Shown here in pieces: positions 55,463 to 64,000 of a stretch of 64,000 nt of DNA (its first letter is position 1; each line of letters starts with the position of its first letter). The notes below the pieces were generated by a model, which saw nothing but the letters and a program-made list of their open reading frames with translations, was not told the origin of the DNA and did not search any database. This DNA is from an uncultured bacterium (GTDB lineage Bacteria; Oederibacteriota; Oederibacteriia; Oederibacteriales; Oederibacteriaceae), in the NCBI GenBank assembly GCA_965112635.1, contig OZ218778.1, forward strand, positions 2,464,001 to 2,528,000, in the 5' to 3' direction. The position numbers and the translations under genes are program-made.

Positions 55463-57736
55463 TCAGTCGTGAATGACCAAAAAGGCCGCCTTGGGGTCTC
55501 CGCAATTGTCCACGACCTCCTGGAAAGGCATCCTCTTGAACGGTTTCCCCGTGTTACGCGTCACCACCAGCTTGACCACGCAGCAGTTCTTATACCCTTT
55601 CAATGGCACCATGATGATGCTGCCGTTGAACTGGAACTTCACCGGCCTGGGCTTCTTGTCCCCCGGATACTGCACCAGCACCTGGCCGATGTCATGGCCC
55701 CGCTTGACCTGGAAGTAAACGTATTTGTCCTTGGCGAACGATATCTTGTCGTTCACGCTCAACTCATCGGTCATGATGCCGGCTACGTACCCGTCCGGCA
55801 CCGTGAAAAGCTTGCCAATGAGGCCGTTGGACATCCGGATGGGGTCCTGTTCGAAACAGAAAACCCGGCGCTTGAAATGCTCATAAAGGGGGATGTACTT
55901 CCCGTAGGTCTTCATCGCTTCCTTGAACTGCTTGTCCCTTAATTTCGGCGACATATCGCTCAGGGCGGGAGTGGTCGGGAAAGAACCGTACATGAGGCAC
56001 CGCTTCAGGTTTTCCTCGACGGTCCTGGCGTCGCTTCCCCAGAGGGTGAACAAAGGCATGGCCAAGGCTGAATAAAAGAACTTTTCTTCGATGACATCGC
56101 CATCCCCTTCCAAAAGGATGCCGTCCACATATTTCTGGCAGCGGATGTTCTGGGACTTGTTGGCAAAGCAGCAGCGGTTCCGGCCTTCCAGAAGTTCCTT
56201 GTGGATGCGCTCCGTGATGCCGTCAAAACCGAAATTGACGCTGTAAACCGGCTTGTTATTGGCCACGGTCACGCCGTCGTCATGGGCGAAATCAATGCCC
56301 ACGTGCCGGAAGCAGTCGTAAAAAAATCCGCCCAGCCGCGGATATACTCCCATCATCTCCCTGGCGGTTTCCAGGATATGCTTCCCAAAAGGCACGCTCA
56401 GGTCCGGGTTCATCAGCCGCTGCAAAGGCCATCCGGTATTTTGTTTTTTGCCGTTCTCCAAAGTGCAGATGGAACTGCTGAAATGCTCCTCGACCCACGG
56501 CTCGAACCCGTCCGAAAAATTGATATAGAACATGGGGTTTATCCCGTATTCCAGGAATCTATCGATGGATTTGCGGATGCTTTCCCTGCTGAGGTCGTAT
56601 AGTTCCGGGATGACATAATTTTTTGGCAGCAAACCTCTTTTGGCCAGTTCTTTCTGGGAACATTTTACGGAAAGCTGCATGGCTTGCTTGTAAGTGATCT
56701 TGCCCCTGCCTCTCCGGGCCACCTCTTCCACGATAGCGCACATACGCCATGTTTTTTCCTTGGGCATGTAGTAGCCGTACCAGGGGAAATGACCGTGGTA
56801 TTCAAAAAAGGTCATTCCCAGCGCCCGTTGCTGTTTCGCGTTAAAAGAAGTGGAAAGGGTCCCGCAATGGTACAGGCCGGCCTTGTCATGGATGCAGTCA
56901 TTGGCCGGATAAAAGTATTCTCTGTATTTCTCCACGGTCTGCCCCAATCCCGGCCGCCAATCGCCCTCGTGGAAGAACACCTTGACCTCGGTCTGCAACT
57001 GGCGGTCCTTGATAAGGCCGATGTAATAGTTCACCACTTCCAGGACCGGATAATTGGCCGGGTCGACCTCATGGCCGCCCCAGTTGAAATCCCTGTCCCC
57101 GTTCTGGAACTCGAACTTGGCCGCGGGAACCTTTTTGTCGTACGGCACGATGACCGAATATCCGACATCCTTGGTCCGTTCATAATGGGAAATGATGGGC
57201 ACTACAACCTCATGGGATGTACCCGAGAACGGGATCTGGCTGTAGCTGTAATCAAAGGTCGTCATGCCGTCGAACAAAAGGTCGGATTTATAAGCCGGCG
57301 CCCACACCATCCATCCCGCGATCATGGGGATCATAAAATGGACCCGGATGGAACGGTCCGCGACCTTTTTACCCCTTTTTTCCATATCCACATGCCAGGT
57401 AAAACAGTCCTCGTCCATGCTCAGGGTCACTTTGACCGAGAACTTCGCCCCTGCAAACTGCTTGAGATAGGTGATGGTATTGCCTTCGCACTGGAAATCC
57501 TTGACTGTGAATTTCTGGTCAAAATCAGAGAACCACTTCTTATCGACCTCGTCATAGATGCGCAAGCCCCCGATATATCCCCGGATCTCCTGCTGTAATT
57601 GTTTGAACAGGTCGATTTGCTTGTCCTTCCAGACCATGGAACGTATCCATCCGGTCTTTTTTTCCACACCGACGGACGACCTGGAATTCTCTATCCGGAC
57701 TAAGGGAGTAGGATAAAATATAGAACGCTTGGACAT
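55463..57736 (-). CDS. Glycoside-hydrolase-like protein, paralog C
   Basis: Same architecture, ending VVDNCGDPKAAFLVIHD. Confidence 0.6.
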   Translation of the reverse strand: MSKRSIFYPTPLVRIENSRSSVGVEKKTGWIRSMVWKDKQIDLFKQLQQEIRGYIGGLRIYDEVDKKWFSDFDQKFTVKDFQCEGNTITYLKQFAGAKFSVKVTLSMDEDCFTWHVDMEKRGKKVADRSIRVHFMIPMIAGWMVWAPAYKSDLLFDGMTTFDYSYSQIPFSGTSHEVVVPIISHYERTKDVGYSVIVPYDKKVPAAKFEFQNGDRDFNWGGHEVDPANYPVLEVVNYYIGLIKDRQLQTEVKVFFHEGDWRPGLGQTVEKYREYFYPANDCIHDKAGLYHCGTLSTSFNAKQQRALGMTFFEYHGHFPWYGYYMPKEKTWRMCAIVEEVARRGRGKITYKQAMQLSVKCSQKELAKRGLLPKNYVIPELYDLSRESIRKSIDRFLEYGINPMFYINFSDGFEPWVEEHFSSSICTLENGKKQNTGWPLQRLMNPDLSVPFGKHILETAREMMGVYPRLGGFFYDCFRHVGIDFAHDDGVTVANNKPVYSVNFGFDGITERIHKELLEGRNRCCFANKSQNIRCQKYVDGILLEGDGDVIEEKFFYSALAMPLFTLWGSDARTVEENLKRCLMYGSFPTTPALSDMSPKLRDKQFKEAMKTYGKYIPLYEHFKRRVFCFEQDPIRMSNGLIGKLFTVPDGYVAGIMTDELSVNDKISFAKDKYVYFQVKRGHDIGQVLVQYPGDKKPRPVKFQFNGSIIMVPLKGYKNCCVVKLVVTRNTGKPFKRMPFQEVVDNCGDPKAAFLVIHD

Positions 57737-57749
57737 ACTGTTCTCCTTC

Positions 57750-58262
57750 CTAGGATTTTTTGGACAATGCTTCGTATTCCCTTAAAACGCCCTGGTCATA
57801 GCAGGCCAAAACCACCTTTTTAAAACCGGGATGGTTCCGGACAAAATTATTGATCTCTTTCCAGGCTATCTTGCACGCCAGGTCAATGGGATAGCCGTAG
57901 ACCCCGCAGCTTATAGCCGGGAACGCGATGGTTTTGGCCCCGTTCTTGAGCGCCAGTTTCATGCTCTCATGGTAGCAGGAAGCCAGCAAGGCGGGCTCTC
58001 CCTGTCTGCCGTCCTGGTAGATAGGGCCCACGGTGTGCACGACCCATTTGGCTTTGAGGCGGTATCCTTTGGTGAGCTTGGCATGGCCGGGCTCGCATCC
58101 GCCCAGGTTGGAGCATTCCGCCGCCAGTTCCGGACCGGCAGCCCGGTGGATGGCGCCGTCCACGCCTCCCCCTCCCATCAGGGAAGGATTGGCCGCGTTG
58201 ACGATGGCGTCAACCTCCAGTTGGGTGATATCTCCCTGTACAACCTCTATCTTGGCGGGCAT
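57750..58262 (-). CDS. Macrodomain O-acetyl-ADP-ribose deacetylase (YmdB-like)
   Basis: GDIT, AIVNAANPSLMGGGGVDGAIH, HTVGP and AFPAISCGVYGYP. Confidence 0.95.
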   Translation of the reverse strand: MPAKIEVVQGDITQLEVDAIVNAANPSLMGGGGVDGAIHRAAGPELAAECSNLGGCEPGHAKLTKGYRLKAKWVVHTVGPIYQDGRQGEPALLASCYHESMKLALKNGAKTIAFPAISCGVYGYPIDLACKIAWKEINNFVRNHPGFKKVVLACYDQGVLREYEALSKKS

Positions 58263-58305
58263 TTCCGATTGTCTCCAGCAACTTTCTTTTGGCCCCTAGG
58301 AACGG

Positions 58306-59262
58306 TCAATCTTCCAGCATCTCTTCGTAAAACTCCCTGAACTTGTAGCGGGCCGGGTCATTTTTTTTCAGCGACATGATCTTCATGGCCTCTTCGGGAT
58401 GCATGTTGGTAATGCCGCTGATCATGTAGGGGATATGGTATCCCCAGTCGATCTCTTCCTGCAGCGGCAGGATCTGGCCGGCGATGACGTCCAGGATGGG
58501 CCTCAGGTCGAACTTGGGGTTCTTGAGGAACCCGACCAAAAGTTCCAGGCAGCAGTTGCCCGCCCCCCGGCCCAGCCCGTAAAGTGTGCCGTCCAGGAAA
58601 TTGGCCCCCCGGATGATCCCCTCGATGGTATTGGCGAAAGCCAGCTGCTGGTTGTTATGGGCATGCATGCCGATCTCGATGCCCGGCAGCAGTTTCTGGA
58701 ATTTGGAGACGAAATAGTCGATATCCTCCGAATACATGGCCCCGAAGCTGTCCACGATATAGCAGGCGAGGATCTTGGTCTCGGCCTTGATCTGCTGGAG
58801 GGCCTCGTTGAGCTCCCTTTCAGGGGCCGTGGAAATGGACATGATATTGATGGTGGTCTCGTAGCCTTTGGCGTTCGCGTCATTGGAGATCTTGATGGCC
58901 TTGTCCACGTCCTTGACGTAGGTCGCTACCCGGACGACATCCACCAGGCTTTTTTGGCGGGGCAAAAGGTCCTCGCTGCTGCTTTTATGCGCGTCCATCA
59001 TCACCGCGATCTTGGTCCCGGGATATTTCTTGTCACCCACGACCTGTTTGATCATCTCTTCGTCGCAGAAGCGCCAGGCCCCGTATTTCGCCGGGTCGAA
59101 CATCTTTTTGCTGTTCCGGTAACCCAGCTCCACGATCTGGATGCCTGCCTCGCAAACGGCCTTGTAAACCGCCTTGACGCAATCCATGGAAAAATGGGAG
59201 TTGTTCATCAATCCCCCGTCCCTGATGGTGCAATCCACGACGGTGATCTGCGGCCTGTACAT
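58306..59262 (-). CDS. DRE-TIM (HMGL-like) aldolase catalytic-domain protein
   Basis: DCTIRDGG, VDSFG, HAHNNQQLAFANT and GLGRGAGN. ATG 59262 after AGGAG. Confidence 0.88.
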   Translation of the reverse strand: MYRPQITVVDCTIRDGGLMNNSHFSMDCVKAVYKAVCEAGIQIVELGYRNSKKMFDPAKYGAWRFCDEEMIKQVVGDKKYPGTKIAVMMDAHKSSSEDLLPRQKSLVDVVRVATYVKDVDKAIKISNDANAKGYETTINIMSISTAPERELNEALQQIKAETKILACYIVDSFGAMYSEDIDYFVSKFQKLLPGIEIGMHAHNNQQLAFANTIEGIIRGANFLDGTLYGLGRGAGNCCLELLVGFLKNPKFDLRPILDVIAGQILPLQEEIDWGYHIPYMISGITNMHPEEAMKIMSLKKNDPARYKFREFYEEMLED

Positions 59263-59366
59263 AAATGGCTCCTCTCCTGAATGAGTCCAAACATTATAGT
59301 AATACTCTGTCGTTTTCACAATCCCCCACCTGGCCTGTGTTAAACTGTCTAGCGGAGGTTTTCCCC

Positions 59367-60620
59367 ATGATGACGCTGAAAATAAAAGTTAGCCCCGAGG
59401 ATTTCGTGGTTGAGGAGGTTTGCGACCTTCCCATCCGCGAGAAGGGCAAATATGGCGTGTACGTCCTGCAAAAAAGAGGCTGGAACACTCTGGACGCCCT
59501 GCGGGCCATCAGCAAAAGAACAAAGTTAGCCTCGCGCCTTTTCGCCTACGGCGGCAAAAAAGACCGCTACGGCCTGACCAGTCAGACCATCACCATCCAT
59601 GACCAAAAGGACAGGAGTTTCACGGACAAAAATTTTTCCATCCGCCGGCTGGGCTTTTGCGACCGGCCCATGGACCCTTATTTCATCAAGGCCAACCGTT
59701 TCCGCATCGTGGTCCGCAAACTGACTAAACCGGCCGTTGACCAGGCCCTGGAAGAACTAGCCAGGGTGCAAGCCCAGGGTTTCCCCAATTATTTCGATGA
59801 CCAGAGGTTTGGAAGCTATGACCCTTTGCAAGGATTCCTCGGTGAAAAGATCCTGAAAAGGCACTGGAACGGGGCCTTAAAATCCTACCTGCTTTCCATC
59901 CATCCTGAGGACAAGACCAAGGAAAAGCAGAGGAAAACAGCGCTAGGCCGCAGTTGGAAGGACTGGAAGGCCTGCGCCGGCCTGGCTGAGACCGGTTTTG
60001 AAAAAATGGCCTTTCCCGTCCTCCGCGGAACGCCCGATGACCTGCAGTCCCTGATCAGCCGCATCCCCCGGGAAGAACTGTTCATGGCGGCCAGCGCCTA
60101 TCAATCCTATCTGTGGAACGAAATGGTCCGGCGTTTAATAATGGAACGCTGCCCTCCACCCTTCAAAATGTATCCGGGAAAAGCCGGCGACTATGTCTTC
60201 CCCGGCCAGCCGCCACGCCACGTGAAAAGTTCGCTGAGCGGGCTCATTCTGCCCCTGGCAGCCGCAAAAGCAAGCGTCGCCGACCCTGGCCTCCAAAATA
60301 TCTACACGAGCGTCCTCAACGAACACAACCTCAGGCCGGCTTTGTTCAAGAGGGTAAAAATAAGGGAGGCGGAGTTCAAGCCCTCTCCCCGGCCCATTCT
60401 CGTCAAGCCCGAATCTTTGGAATGGAACACACGGCCGGACAGCGTTTATCCGGGGCATATCCAGCTGAACTTGAGCGTCCAGCTCCCCCGGGGATGTTAT
60501 GCCACCATGCTGATCAAGGCTGTTTTCAGCCGGGACTTGGCCGCCCTAGAGCCCAGGCTAAAAAATGGCGTTACCCGGCCAGACCCAGCCTCTTTAGTTC
60601 CTCTTCCAGATTTGGAGTGA
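59367..60620 (+). CDS. truD: tRNA pseudouridine(13) synthase
   Basis: PEDFVVEE, GKKDRYGLTSQ, NRFRI, GFPNYFDDQRFG, SAYQSYLWN and LPRGCYAT. Confidence 0.93.
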   Translation: MMTLKIKVSPEDFVVEEVCDLPIREKGKYGVYVLQKRGWNTLDALRAISKRTKLASRLFAYGGKKDRYGLTSQTITIHDQKDRSFTDKNFSIRRLGFCDRPMDPYFIKANRFRIVVRKLTKPAVDQALEELARVQAQGFPNYFDDQRFGSYDPLQGFLGEKILKRHWNGALKSYLLSIHPEDKTKEKQRKTALGRSWKDWKACAGLAETGFEKMAFPVLRGTPDDLQSLISRIPREELFMAASAYQSYLWNEMVRRLIMERCPPPFKMYPGKAGDYVFPGQPPRHVKSSLSGLILPLAAAKASVADPGLQNIYTSVLNEHNLRPALFKRVKIREAEFKPSPRPILVKPESLEWNTRPDSVYPGHIQLNLSVQLPRGCYATMLIKAVFSRDLAALEPRLKNGVTRPDPASLVPLPDLE

Positions 60621-61101
60621 ACCCGCCCGTCCCCAGCCCGGCCCTCAGTTCATCGGGGCTCCAGAAACGGGTTTCGCTGATCTCCACCGGTTCAAAGCGG
60701 ATAGTCCCGTCATAGGATAGGATATAAGTGCGCACATGTTCTGTCTCCACGGGTGAACGCCACACGTACTCATGGCAAAATATCAAGCTCCGGCTTTCAG
60801 TGAGGCATATCCCCAGTTCCTCCGCCAGCTCGCGCAAGGCTCCTTGCTCGTAACTCTCCCCGGCCGGGATATGCCCTCCCACCGAAGTGTCCCACTTGCC
60901 CGGCTGGATTCGCTTGGCCGGGGAACGCTTTTGGAGGCAGTATTGACCTGCGGAATTGACCACAAAGACATGCACGGCCCTGTGCTGCAAAGCGGGGTTT
61001 CCGTGGCAATCTTTCCGGACTACGGACCCGATGACCTGGTTACGGTCATCCACCAGGTCAATGATCTCGTTTTCATGCTCGGCTTGGTTTTTTGTGGTCA
61101 A
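60571..61101 (-). CDS. Nudix hydrolase (IDI-like/YfcD-like)
   Basis: HRAVHVFV, LQKRS..K..QPGKWD and GGHIPAGESYEQGALRELAEELGI. Confidence 0.9.
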   Translation of the reverse strand: MTTKNQAEHENEIIDLVDDRNQVIGSVVRKDCHGNPALQHRAVHVFVVNSAGQYCLQKRSPAKRIQPGKWDTSVGGHIPAGESYEQGALRELAEELGICLTESRSLIFCHEYVWRSPVETEHVRTYILSYDGTIRFEPVEISETRFWSPDELRAGLGTGGFTPNLEEELKRLGLAG

Positions 61102-61259
61102 AATAAAGCCACCCCTTTATTTTGATGCGATTTTGAGGTACAAATACAGCAAGAAATACAGCCTATCCAACCCGCCTTTAGATTTAACTAAAGGCAGTAG
61201 AAACAAGCAAGATTAAAAAGCCTTCTAATCAGGCAGAAGTTCAAGGAGTTGTCCTTAAG

Positions 61260-62717
61260 ATGCGTGGCTTTCAAAAGTTATCGCGCCTTCTAATACTGGT
61301 TTGCTCGGTCATCACGATCCTTTTAATATCCCCTGCCGCTTCTCACGCCACCAAAGCGGTGGAAGCGGACATTCTTTGTCAGTTCGACGACGCCGGGGAC
61401 GCCTGGGTCAACGGCTACCCGGTCTGGTTGGACGTGACGATGACCGCTAACGACAAATACCGTGTTTATCCGCATTATCCGCCGATGTATCCGTTGACCT
61501 GCACGGCCAGGTCCATTCCGCCGGATATATTGAATGCCAGCGACGTGCTCTGCATGAAGAATTACAACCGCGAGCCTCAATCCATGAGCATTTTTTACCT
61601 CCTTCACGTCAAGCTGGACAACGGGAAAGAATGGTATTTGGAATCCAGCCAGGAATCCGTTGAAGACACGAAAATGCTGCACAACCCGGATGACATTCTT
61701 CTGATGATCTCCAAAGGCAATGACCAGTCCACCGGATACCTGACCAAAGCGGATGTGGCGGCCGGGAGGGAGTTTCCCTACCGGGACTACGCGGAACTGG
61801 GGCCCAAGGGTTGGTTGAACTATGGATTTAACGATTCCGAGTGGAACAGCACCATTTACGATGCTCCCAATTATATGACGGCGGTGATAAACCCCGAGTC
61901 GGGGATGGGGATAGGGGTGCTGTCAAGTTACGAGCACACGATCTCGCAGACCAGCGGCAACGACATAGACTATTACCGCAGGCATTTCAACCTATGGCCT
62001 ACGGACACGGCCACTTACACGCAGACGGAGACGCCGGTGCCGATACCGACCTCGACGGCAACGAAAGTGCCTCCATTGACCTTTACGTTCTCGGCGACGG
62101 CGGTGAATACCAGCACGCCGCTGCCTACGGCTACTCCGAGGCCCACGGTGCCCGGGTTCACTCCGGTGCCGACCAATACCGTGCCGCCCACCAATACCTT
62201 TACCCCGGCCTTTACGCTCGTGATCTTGCCGCCGACCCGCACCTTTACCCCTGCGCCGCCGCCGCCGACCAACACCCCCGGCAAGACCGAGATCACCGTG
62301 CATATTTCACCCACGGTGGCTGTGACTTCCGTGGTGACCCCCGTGGTGGTCATTACCAAAGCTCTGGTCCTGAACTATGAGGAGCAAGGCGGACAATACT
62401 TTACCTACAAGATCAACTGGACGGCGAACGCGTTCCTGAAATACGGCATGACGATCACGGACTACCTGCCGAACTTCCTGGACATGAAGACCTTCACGAA
62501 GGGCGGCAAGGTCCACGCCGATACCGGCCAGATCGAATTCGTCATCAAAGGGCCTGTTGGCGAAGGCACCAAGGGAGAATTCCTGTACCTGATGGGCGTC
62601 AAGGATGGCCTGTCCGGCGAGCAGTCAGCCCAGAGCAGCGCCCAGGCGACCTATTACTTCAAGGGCGCGACTTCCACGGCCACTTCCAACGAGGTCGTCA
62701 CGAAGATCGTTCCGTAA
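61260..62717 (+). CDS. Secreted protein: lectin/CBM-like domain, Pro/Thr linker, DUF11-like domain
   Basis: Signal peptide. FDDAGDAWVNG...GWLNYGFNDSEW...YYRRHF. TPVP repeats. YKINW..MTITDYLP. Confidence 0.65.
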   Translation: MRGFQKLSRLLILVCSVITILLISPAASHATKAVEADILCQFDDAGDAWVNGYPVWLDVTMTANDKYRVYPHYPPMYPLTCTARSIPPDILNASDVLCMKNYNREPQSMSIFYLLHVKLDNGKEWYLESSQESVEDTKMLHNPDDILLMISKGNDQSTGYLTKADVAAGREFPYRDYAELGPKGWLNYGFNDSEWNSTIYDAPNYMTAVINPESGMGIGVLSSYEHTISQTSGNDIDYYRRHFNLWPTDTATYTQTETPVPIPTSTATKVPPLTFTFSATAVNTSTPLPTATPRPTVPGFTPVPTNTVPPTNTFTPAFTLVILPPTRTFTPAPPPPTNTPGKTEITVHISPTVAVTSVVTPVVVITKALVLNYEEQGGQYFTYKINWTANAFLKYGMTITDYLPNFLDMKTFTKGGKVHADTGQIEFVIKGPVGEGTKGEFLYLMGVKDGLSGEQSAQSSAQATYYFKGATSTATSNEVVTKIVP

Positions 62718-62757
62718 GCGGTCAGGGCCTTGGGGCCCGCGATCTTTCAGGGAACAA

Positions 62758-63999
62758 TCAGGCTTTCTGGACCAGCTCAACCCCTCCGAGCAGGCCGTAG
62801 TTAAAGAGCGAGAACTCGTCCTTGATGTTCCGCTCATCCTCAAAACCGTCCGGCCCGCACCACTGGTTGTCGTCCCCGGTCTTTTCATGCAGGGGTCCCC
62901 AGCTGTTCTGCAGGGAAGAGACCACTTCGATCTCCAGAAGATTCTCTCCGTCTTTGAGATACGGGGTAAGCTCCAGTTCATAGGGCTGCCACAGGATTTT
63001 CCCTGCCTCTTCACCATTGACCCTGACCTTAAAGAGGATGCCCGAGGGCTGGTTCAGCCGCAGCCAGGTTTTGGCCTTTTTCCGGACATGGAACGGTGTT
63101 GAGTAGACCATCCTGCCGCTGTAAAAAGGATAGGTCTGCCTGACCCACGACCCGAACTCCAGTCTTTTGGTTTCTTCCACGATCTTTCCTTCGTAGGGGC
63201 CCGCAAGCTCCACGCCAAAATCCCCGACCACATAGGCCGCCTCCACCTGGGTCAGGATATTGTATTGGACCGAGAACTCCGCGACATTCCCCCCTTTTCT
63301 GACCAGGCGGCTGATGTCGACCTTGCCGAAACCGCGGTCCCAGTGCCAGGCCCCTGTCTTGGCCGGAACAGGGACGCCGTTCACTTTGAGGAATCCCTTG
63401 TTCAGGTCCTCAATGACTAAAAAAGCGCTCCTGGGGTTGGCCACGTCGCTGGTGAATTTATAGCGCAGGGTCAAGGGTCCCGTGCTGTCCTTAAAAAGAC
63501 CCTTGCGGATGACGACCCACGGCTGCCACCACAGGGCATCCTCCGTGCCAAAATGTTTGGCGACCTTTTCACGGATGCGGAATTCCAGGTCGCGGGCCGT
63601 CCAGGTCTGGCCATGGTCAAAAGAGGCTTCCAGCCTGTCCATCACCAGCACGTTCGCGTCCAGCCGGCGATGCTCCCACAACTTGGGCAAAGCGACTTGT
63701 TTTGTTTGGGCAGGCAAGCCCAGCCCTTTGACCGGCCTGGCCTGGGGTATGTTCCCGGTCGATACCAGTAGCGACCCGCAAGGAGGCAGGGTGAAAAGCA
63801 CCTCGCTATCCTTGCCTTTCCGCTGGGATTCCATCTGTCTGGCCGTCCCGCTCAGGGGGTCCAGGGCCGTGACTTTCTTGGCCCCATTTTTTAAAACAAG
63901 GGAATAATGCATATCGTGGATCCTGTCCGAATTGACGATGAACAGGATCAGGTTGTTGCCGTCTTCCCTGGCGTGGACATAGGTCTGCGGAACGGATTT
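62758..63999 (-). CDS. 5'-truncated glycoside hydrolase (GH2/GH106-like C-terminal beta domains)
   Basis: Frame is open to the window end. GSWVRQTYPFYSG, KVRVNG, WQPYELELT..LKDGENLLEIEV and YGLLGGVEL. Confidence 0.7.
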   Translation of the reverse strand, partial: KSVPQTYVHAREDGNNLILFIVNSDRIHDMHYSLVLKNGAKKVTALDPLSGTARQMESQRKGKDSEVLFTLPPCGSLLVSTGNIPQARPVKGLGLPAQTKQVALPKLWEHRRLDANVLVMDRLEASFDHGQTWTARDLEFRIREKVAKHFGTEDALWWQPWVVIRKGLFKDSTGPLTLRYKFTSDVANPRSAFLVIEDLNKGFLKVNGVPVPAKTGAWHWDRGFGKVDISRLVRKGGNVAEFSVQYNILTQVEAAYVVGDFGVELAGPYEGKIVEETKRLEFGSWVRQTYPFYSGRMVYSTPFHVRKKAKTWLRLNQPSGILFKVRVNGEEAGKILWQPYELELTPYLKDGENLLEIEVVSSLQNSWGPLHEKTGDDNQWCGPDGFEDERNIKDEFSLFNYGLLGGVELVQKA

Positions 64000-64000
64000 G

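Noticed and set aside
49298-57736. Diversity-generating retroelement acting on the paralogs
   Set aside because: No reverse transcriptase, no template/variable repeat pair, and the differences are not adenine-specific.

Overview
Gene-dense 64 kb bacterial window from a diderm organism (TolC, LpxL-type acyltransferase, PorV-family barrel). Pro/Thr-repeat secreted proteins and an FlgD-Ig/T9SS-like C-terminus suggest an uncultured candidate-phylum genome, though this is only inference. In order it holds: (1) a minor-pilin cluster, a giant repeat surface protein, a PorV-FN3 fusion and a FecR-domain lipoprotein; (2) divergent efflux operons (TolC+RND with no adaptor gene; MarR-EmrA-EmrB-TolC); (3) an AmmeMemoRadiSam locus whose core proteins have export or anchor signals and sit with membrane redox genes. 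This locus is split by an ~8 kb minus-strand, defence-like island (ArsR, AAA ATPase, GmrSD-like protein, TM0106 nuclease, stand-alone RarA C-terminal-like protein) bracketed by REP-like half elements, with a dense short-repeat array at its left end; (4) housekeeping genes and a tandem pair of unknown secreted proteins; (5) an ECF transporter with two QueT-like S components and a structured leader; (6) three mosaic ~760-aa glycoside-hydrolase-like paralogs interleaved with yefM-yoeB and an acyltransferase; (7) macrodomain, aldolase-like, truD, Nudix, a lectin-like secreted protein and a partial glycoside hydrolase. No rRNA, tRNA, CRISPR array, integrase or transposase was recognised. All family calls come from motifs read by eye, with no database search.
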